Source: an uncultured Rhodocyclaceae bacterium
GTDB taxonomy: Bacteria; Pseudomonadota; Gammaproteobacteria; Burkholderiales; Rhodocyclaceae
Assembly (NCBI GenBank): GCA_965364825.1
Contig: CBDTZF010000001.1
Span: 1 to 32,189, forward strand
Reading direction: 5' to 3'
DNA: 32,189 bases
A program made the position numbers and the translations under genes. A model generated the notes under the pieces. That model did not search any database, was not told the DNA's origin, and was given only the letters and a program-made list of their open reading frames with translations. Shown here one piece after another: positions 25,721 through 32,189 of this stretch; the first letter of the stretch is position 1; every line of letters starts with the position of its first letter.

Positions 25721-26703
25721 GCTGTTTTCCCCGGCGAGCGCAGCAGCACCCGCAGCGCGCCGCTTCCGCCCTCATGCGCGCCGGTCTGACAAAAGGCGAG
25801 AATTTCCTCCCGCTGCGCCAGCCAGCCACGCGAGAGGTGCTTGAGCACACCGAATTGCCCCGGTGATCCAAGCCCCTTGCCGTGCACCACGCGCACGCAG
25901 CGCTGGCCACGTTTGAGGGTGGCGGCGAGGAATTCGCCCAGCGCGAGGCGCGCTTCGTCTCGCGTCATGCCGTGCAGATCGATTTCGCCTTGCACCACCC
26001 AGCGGCCGCGGCGCAGATCGGCAAGAATGCGGCGCGGCAGGCCGCCGCGCAAAAACACCGCTTCGTCCCCCATTTCGAGTCGATCTTCGAGCGAGAAGGG
26101 TTCAAGCGTCTCCTGCAGCGCAGCGCGTTCGTCGGCCTCGCTGTGGCGCGGCGCAGCGAGTGGCGGCGGGGTGTCGAGTTCGGCGCGGCCGGTCGTTTTG
26201 AGCGGTGTGGTACCGGATGACAGCCAAGCCATGACATCGTTGGGATCGAGCGTTTTCACCGTTTCCGGCGGCGGCCAATCGGGCGCCGGCCGCGTGGCGT
26301 CGACATCGGCCAGATCGCTCGGCGGCAAGGGCTCAACGTCATGCATCAGCGCGTGGAAGTCGATGTCGCCTTCTCGCGTTGTCGACGTTCGCCTCGGGGC
26401 AGTTTCGGGTTCCGGGTCGGTCGCTGTTTTCGGGCGCGGCAGCGGAGCCGGACGCGGGCGTTCGATGGCGGCGCGATTGTCGTCAGGCAAGGGCGTGACA
26501 TCGCCGACACTGGCGCGAAACAACGGCGCGTCGCCATCCGCCGCTTCTGCTTCGCGCGCCGTCCGCGGATCCCGATACGGCGTGGCGGGCGCATCCGGAG
26601 TGGCGGCGGACGGCTTGAGTCGTTTGAGCGCGGTAAAGCGCGCATCACGCAGGCGCGCCGCAGGTTGCCCGTGCAGGGCGTCCTTGCGGCGCTTGCGTGC
26701 CAT
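25711..26703 (-). CDS. Smr-domain endonuclease (SmrA/SmrB-like)
   Basis: C-terminal IDLHG...VVHGKG...GGSGAL SMR domain and a long Pro-rich N-terminal extension. Confidence 0.92.
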   Translation of the reverse strand: MARKRRKDALHGQPAARLRDARFTALKRLKPSAATPDAPATPYRDPRTAREAEAADGDAPLFRASVGDVTPLPDDNRAAIERPRPAPLPRPKTATDPEPETAPRRTSTTREGDIDFHALMHDVEPLPPSDLADVDATRPAPDWPPPETVKTLDPNDVMAWLSSGTTPLKTTGRAELDTPPPLAAPRHSEADERAALQETLEPFSLEDRLEMGDEAVFLRGGLPRRILADLRRGRWVVQGEIDLHGMTRDEARLALGEFLAATLKRGQRCVRVVHGKGLGSPGQFGVLKHLSRGWLAQREEILAFCQTGAHEGGSGALRVLLRSPGKTANP

Positions 26704-26706
26704 CGA

Positions 26707-27711
<1,005 letters not shown>

Positions 27712-27961
27712 TTATAGCGTGCGCCCGCTTTTTGGCGGGGTCTGCGCCGGCCGGGCACCCACGTGGCCACTACTTTTCAATGGCGGCTGTGCACCAAGTG
27801 TCAAGATTGCCGACAAACTGCCGTCAATTTGTGAGGAATTGCCTTTGGCTGTCGGGTGACGTTGTCTTTTGATGCGGACGTGATACGGTCGCACCAGCCC
27901 GATTATTTGTTGATCAGCGATGCTGCCCGAGCGGGCGCCGCAAGCAAAACAGGAGCGCAGG

Positions 27962-28633
27962 ATGGTTCAATCCGCCGCAGTTTCGAATATCGCGTTGAGA
28001 ACGTTTTCTTTGTTTCACGGGCTGTCAGACGAGCGTCTGGCGGCGGTTTCCCGCTGCGCAATGATGCGCCGTGTGGCCCGCGGGCACGCCGTGGTGCATG
28101 CCGGCGACGTGCCGGACTATGTGTACTTCGTGCTCACCGGTAGCCTCAAGGTACTGGTCAGCGACGAGGACGGTCGGGAAGTGATCCTCACCATTCTCGG
28201 TCAGGGCGAGTTGTTTGGCGAGATGGCGGTGTTCGAAGAGCAGCCGCGCTCCGCCTCGGTGGTGGCAGTGATGCCCTCCGACCTGGTGGTGATCTCGAAA
28301 CAGGATCTCAAGCAGTTGATGCGCGACGATTTTGATATCGCCTGGCGCATCATGTGCAATCTGGCCGACCGCCTGCGCAACGCCGACCGAAAAATCGAAA
28401 GCCTTGCCCTCATGGATGTCTACGGCCGCGTGGCGCACTTGCTGCTGGAAATGGCCGAAGACAGGGATGGGGAAACGGTGGTGGTGCGCAAAATCTCGAA
28501 ACAGGACATTGCCAAGATGATCGGCGCCTCGCGCGAGATGGTCAGCCGCGTCATGAAGGATCTGGGATTGCAGGGGCTGATCGAGGAAACCTCGAACGGC
28601 ATCATTCTGCGCGACCGCATTCAGGACGTTTGA
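27962..28633 (+). CDS. Crp/Fnr-family regulator, CRP-like cNMP-binding type
   Basis: FGE...RSA cNMP pocket and SKQDIAKMIGASREMVSR HTH. ATG 27962 follows AGGAG. Confidence 0.92.
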   Translation: MVQSAAVSNIALRTFSLFHGLSDERLAAVSRCAMMRRVARGHAVVHAGDVPDYVYFVLTGSLKVLVSDEDGREVILTILGQGELFGEMAVFEEQPRSASVVAVMPSDLVVISKQDLKQLMRDDFDIAWRIMCNLADRLRNADRKIESLALMDVYGRVAHLLLEMAEDRDGETVVVRKISKQDIAKMIGASREMVSRVMKDLGLQGLIEETSNGIILRDRIQDV

Positions 28634-28646
28634 GCGCGGTACGCGC

Positions 28647-28710
28647 GTAGGGCCGGATTCATCCGGCCACGCGGTGCTGCCACGGAGATGGCGGGTGAAA
28701 TCCGCCCTCC
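28647..28710. repeat. GTAG-type REP doublet (REPIN-like)
   Basis: GTAG-GGCCGGAT-TC-ATCCGGCC (28647-28668) and a degenerate inverted copy at 28690-28710 (reverse complement GGAG-GGCGGATTTCACCCGCC). Confidence 0.65.
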
Positions 28711-28834
28711 GGTGCACAGCAGCGCCACGCCACAATAATCGTTACCTAGCGCCCCGCCCGGATCGGCGGGGCGTTCTCGTATAATGCGCGGGTGTTTTCA
28801 AGCCGCTGCTCAAAGCAGCCGACCGATCCGATTC

Positions 28835-31117
28835 ATGGCGTCTCGACCCATCTCCCGAAATGAACCCCTGCCGGAGCGCATTGTGCATCTGCTGCAGGAA
28901 ACCCGCTGGATCGTGCTGGGCGTCCTGTCCGTGTACGTGGCGATGATCCTGCTCGGCTACGACAAGACCGATCCGGGGTGGTCGCACGCTACCGAAGTCG
29001 GGCGCGTCACCAACCCGGGCGGGCGCTTTGGCGCCTGGCTGGCGGATGTGTTGCTCTATCTTTTCGGCGGCTCGGCGTGGTGGCTGGTGATTTTTCTCGG
29101 TTACGGCATCGCCTGGGGCTTCCGCCGCTTCCGACTCGAATTCAACGCCGACAAACGATCGTTCTTCATCGTCATGTGCGGTTTCCTCGTTGTCTTGCTG
29201 TCCAGTGCGGCGCTCGAAGCCTTGCGCTTCCACTCCACCGGCGCCGCGCTACCGCTGGCACCGGGCGGATTGCTGGGCACGGAGCTGGGCACGGCGGCGC
29301 ACAACTACCTTGGCTTCACCGGCGGCACGCTGGTTCTGCTGGCGCTTATCGCCGGCGGCCTGAGTCTGTTTACCGGCATCTCGTGGCTGTCGGCGACCGA
29401 GCGCCTCGGTCTTTGGCTTGAGCAGGGGTGGCTTTCGCTGGCTGGCGCCTGGTATGCCTGGCGCGACCGCCAGGCCGGTCGGCAGGTGGCGCAAAAACGC
29501 GAGGCGGTGGTGACCACGCGGCGGCAGAGGGCGGCGCTTTCGTCGTCGCCGCCGGTGCGCATCGAGCCGCCCGTGGTCGTGTTTGACGAATCGGAGCGGG
29601 TACAGAAGGAGCGCCAGACGAAACTGTTTGGCAGTGAGGGCGAGGGCATGCTGCCGCCGATTGCGCTGCTCGATCCGCCGTCGCGCGATGTCGAGCCGCC
29701 GAGCGCCGAATCGCTCGAATTCACCTCGCGCTTCATCGAGCAGAAACTGGCCGATTTCGGCGTCGAGATCAAGGTGATCGCGGCTTACCCCGGCCCCGTG
29801 ATCACCCGTTACGAGATCGAGCCGGCGGTCGGCGTCAAGGGCAGCCAGGTGGTCAACCTGGCCAAGGATCTGGCGCGTGCGCTGTCGCTGATTTCGGTGC
29901 GCGTGGTCGAGACGGTACCGGGTAAATCGTGCATGGCGCTTGAACTGCCCAATCCCAAGCGGCAGACCGTGCGCTTGTCGGAAATTATCGGCTCCAAGAT
30001 CTACCACGAAATGCGATCGCCGCTCACCGTCGCCCTCGGCAAGGACATTTCCGGCGCGCCGGTGGTTGCCGATCTGGGCAAGATGCCGCACTTGCTGGTG
30101 GCTGGCACTACCGGTTCGGGCAAATCGGTGGGCCTCAACGCCATGATCCTGTCGCTGCTCTACAAGAGCGAACCGGACAAGGTGCGGCTAATCATGATCG
30201 ACCCGAAAATGCTCGAATTATCGATCTATGAAGGCATCCCGCACCTGCTCGCGCCGGTCGTCACCGACATGAAACACGCCGCCAACGCGCTCAATTGGTG
30301 CGTGGCGGAAATGGAGAAGCGCTACAAGCTGATGGCTTCGGTCGGGGTGCGCAATCTGGCCGGCTTCAACCGCCAGGTGAGCGACGCCAAAAAGGCCGAC
30401 AAACCGCTCACCAACCCCTTCGCGATCAACCCGGACAATCCCGAACCGCTCGAACCGATGCCGCACATCGTGGTGGTGGTCGATGAGCTGGCCGACCTGA
30501 TGATGGTGGTTGGCAAGAAGGTGGAGGAGTTGATCGCGCGGTTGGCGCAAAAGGCGCGCGCTGCCGGCATTCACCTGATCCTGGCAACACAGCGTCCGTC
30601 GGTGGATGTGATCACCGGCCTGATCAAGGCCAACATCCCGACGCGCATGGCGTTTCAGGTGTCGTCCAAGATCGATTCGCGCACCATTCTCGACCAGATG
30701 GGTGCCGAAGCCCTGCTCGGCATGGGCGACATGCTCTACCTGCCGCCGGGTTCAGGCTACCCCATGCGTGCGCATGGCGCCTTCGTCGCCGACAGCGAAG
30801 TCCATAAGGTGGTCGATTACCTCAAACAGCAAGGGGCGCCGGATTACATCGAGGATGTTCTCGAGGGTCCGCAAGAGTCGGGCGATGGGCTGTTGGGCGA
30901 CGGTGCAGATGTCGAAGCTGACCCGCTGTACGACCAGGCGGTCGAGATCGTCGTCAAAACGCGCCGTCCGTCGATCTCGCTGGTGCAGCGTCATCTGCGC
31001 ATCGGCTACAACCGCGCCGCACGCCTGATCGAACAGATGGAACGCGCCGGGCTGGTATCGTCGATGGGCAGCAATGGCAACCGCGAGGTGCTCGCGCCCG
31101 CACGTGAGGAGGATTGA
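28835..31117 (+). CDS. ftsK: DNA translocase FtsK
   Basis: N-terminal TM domain, [36 protein letters not shown] and gamma domain [20 protein letters not shown] at 28780-28785. Confidence 0.97.
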   Translation: MASRPISRNEPLPERIVHLLQETRWIVLGVLSVYVAMILLGYDKTDPGWSHATEVGRVTNPGGRFGAWLADVLLYLFGGSAWWLVIFLGYGIAWGFRRFRLEFNADKRSFFIVMCGFLVVLLSSAALEALRFHSTGAALPLAPGGLLGTELGTAAHNYLGFTGGTLVLLALIAGGLSLFTGISWLSATERLGLWLEQGWLSLAGAWYAWRDRQAGRQVAQKREAVVTTRRQRAALSSSPPVRIEPPVVVFDESERVQKERQTKLFGSEGEGMLPPIALLDPPSRDVEPPSAESLEFTSRFIEQKLADFGVEIKVIAAYPGPVITRYEIEPAVGVKGSQVVNLAKDLARALSLISVRVVETVPGKSCMALELPNPKRQTVRLSEIIGSKIYHEMRSPLTVALGKDISGAPVVADLGKMPHLLVAGTTGSGKSVGLNAMILSLLYKSEPDKVRLIMIDPKMLELSIYEGIPHLLAPVVTDMKHAANALNWCVAEMEKRYKLMASVGVRNLAGFNRQVSDAKKADKPLTNPFAINPDNPEPLEPMPHIVVVVDELADLMMVVGKKVEELIARLAQKARAAGIHLILATQRPSVDVITGLIKANIPTRMAFQVSSKIDSRTILDQMGAEALLGMGDMLYLPPGSGYPMRAHGAFVADSEVHKVVDYLKQQGAPDYIEDVLEGPQESGDGLLGDGADVEADPLYDQAVEIVVKTRRPSISLVQRHLRIGYNRAARLIEQMERAGLVSSMGSNGNREVLAPAREED

Positions 31118-31747
31118 TTGAACAACATCTGGATACGGCGCGTCGTCGTCAGCGGTGCACTCACCTTGCTGCTTTCGGGTAGCGCGCTGGCGGCCGATGG
31201 CATCACCCTGCTCAAGGCCTTTGTCGAGCGCACGGCGCACGCTCAGGGGCGCTTCGAGCAGACCGTGTATGGCGAGGATAGTCGCCGCGGCGAGCTTTCG
31301 AAGGGCGCTTTCGCGTTTGAGCGGCCGGGCAAATTCCGCTGGACTTACGAAACACCGTTTCCGCAGGTGCTGGTCAGTGATGGCACGCGATTGTGGTCAT
31401 ACGATCCTGAACTGGCGCAGGTGACGGTCAAGCAGGTCGGCGATGCGCTGGGTGCCACGCCGGCGGCTATCCTCGCCGGCGACGATTCACTGGAAACCAA
31501 TTTCACGCTCGCCGACGGTGGCAACGTCAACGGCCTGACGTGGGCGGTGGCGACGCCGAAAACTGACAGCGCGTTCGCCCGCATGCGGGTCGGCTTCAAG
31601 GGTATCCGCCTGATCGGCATGGAAATCGACGACAACTTCGGCCAGCGCACATTGTTGCGCTTCACCGAATTCGACACTTCCACGCCGATCGCCCCGGCGA
31701 CCTTCACGTTTACCCCGCCGCCAGGGGCCGACGTGGTCGGCGAATAG
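31118..31747 (+). CDS. lolA: Outer membrane lipoprotein chaperone LolA
   Basis: Signal peptide, RPGKFRW, SDG..LW.YDPEL.QVT, TP and C-terminal FTFTPP.GADV; ftsK-lolA-rarA synteny; TTG start. Confidence 0.94.
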   Translation: MNNIWIRRVVVSGALTLLLSGSALAADGITLLKAFVERTAHAQGRFEQTVYGEDSRRGELSKGAFAFERPGKFRWTYETPFPQVLVSDGTRLWSYDPELAQVTVKQVGDALGATPAAILAGDDSLETNFTLADGGNVNGLTWAVATPKTDSAFARMRVGFKGIRLIGMEIDDNFGQRTLLRFTEFDTSTPIAPATFTFTPPPGADVVGE

Positions 31748-31764
31748 CGCGCGTGGTGGTCGCG

Positions 31765-32189
31765 ATGGACGACCTCTTCGGCGACGTCGCATCGGACAAC
31801 GTGCCACTCGCCGAGCGCCTGCGGCCGCGCGTGCTGGACGATATCGTCGGCCAGACGCATCTGCTCGGCGAGGGCAAGCCGCTGCGCCTGGCCTTCGCCG
31901 CCGGCAAACTACATTCGATGATCCTGTGGGGGCCGCCGGGCGTCGGCAAGACGACGCTGGCACGCCTCATGGCCGATGCCTTCGACGCCAATTTTGTTGC
32001 GCTTTCGGCGGTGTTTTCCGGCGTCAAGGACATTCGCGAAGCGGTGCAGAAGGCCGAAATCGAGCGCGCCCGTGGCCGCCACACGATTCTTTTCGTCGAT
32101 GAAGTGCATCGCTTCAACAAGGCGCAGCAGGATGCGTTTCTGCCGTTTGTGGAGCAGGGGCTGCTGACCTTCATCGGCGCCACCACCGA
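31765..32189 (+). CDS. rarA: Replication-associated recombination protein A (5' part, runs off the window)
   Basis: Not in the ORF track. MDDLF...PLAERLRP...GQTHLLG...[12 protein letters not shown]...[19 protein letters not shown]...IGATT. Confidence 0.96.
   Translation, partial: MDDLFGDVASDNVPLAERLRPRVLDDIVGQTHLLGEGKPLRLAFAAGKLHSMILWGPPGVGKTTLARLMADAFDANFVALSAVFSGVKDIREAVQKAEIERARGRHTILFVDEVHRFNKAQQDAFLPFVEQGLLTFIGATT

Overview
GC-rich core-chromosome window, most likely from a betaproteobacterium. Gene order and protein style suggest Rhodocyclales; this is inference. From left to right it holds the 5' end of a FimT/GspH-type pilin gene, tRNA-Thr(CGT) and an HSD10-type SDR. A complete cbb3 oxidase locus follows (ccoIS-ccoNOQP-ccoGH plus two small membrane ORFs). 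Next is an FNR/DNR-associated cluster: usp, hemerythrin, DUF2249-like domain, a polytopic membrane protein, a DNR-type regulator, SirB2, a second hemerythrin, fnr, hemN, a DsbD_2/TauE-like protein and copZ. After that come a Cache-PAS-GGDEF-EAL gene, ppa, a FemAB-like GNAT, nadE-glnB, an Smr protein, trxB, a CRP-like regulator and ftsK-lolA-rarA (partial). No integrase, transposase or CRISPR array was seen. The most interesting signals are: (1) an uncharacterised membrane protein whose three repeats align without gaps to the cofactor helices of the CcoN in this window, placed downstream of a perfect FNR box with hemerythrin and DUF2249-like genes; (2) a G9 tract that fuses hemerythrin to the DUF2249-like domain; (3) a probable FNR-driven sRNA of about 100 nt between ccoS and ccoN; (4) a DnaA-box cluster with DARS-like geometry; (5) a 130-nt G-U-rich stem between ccoP and ccoG; (6) an Smr nuclease with a triplicated N-terminal motif. 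All calls were made by eye, with no database searches.
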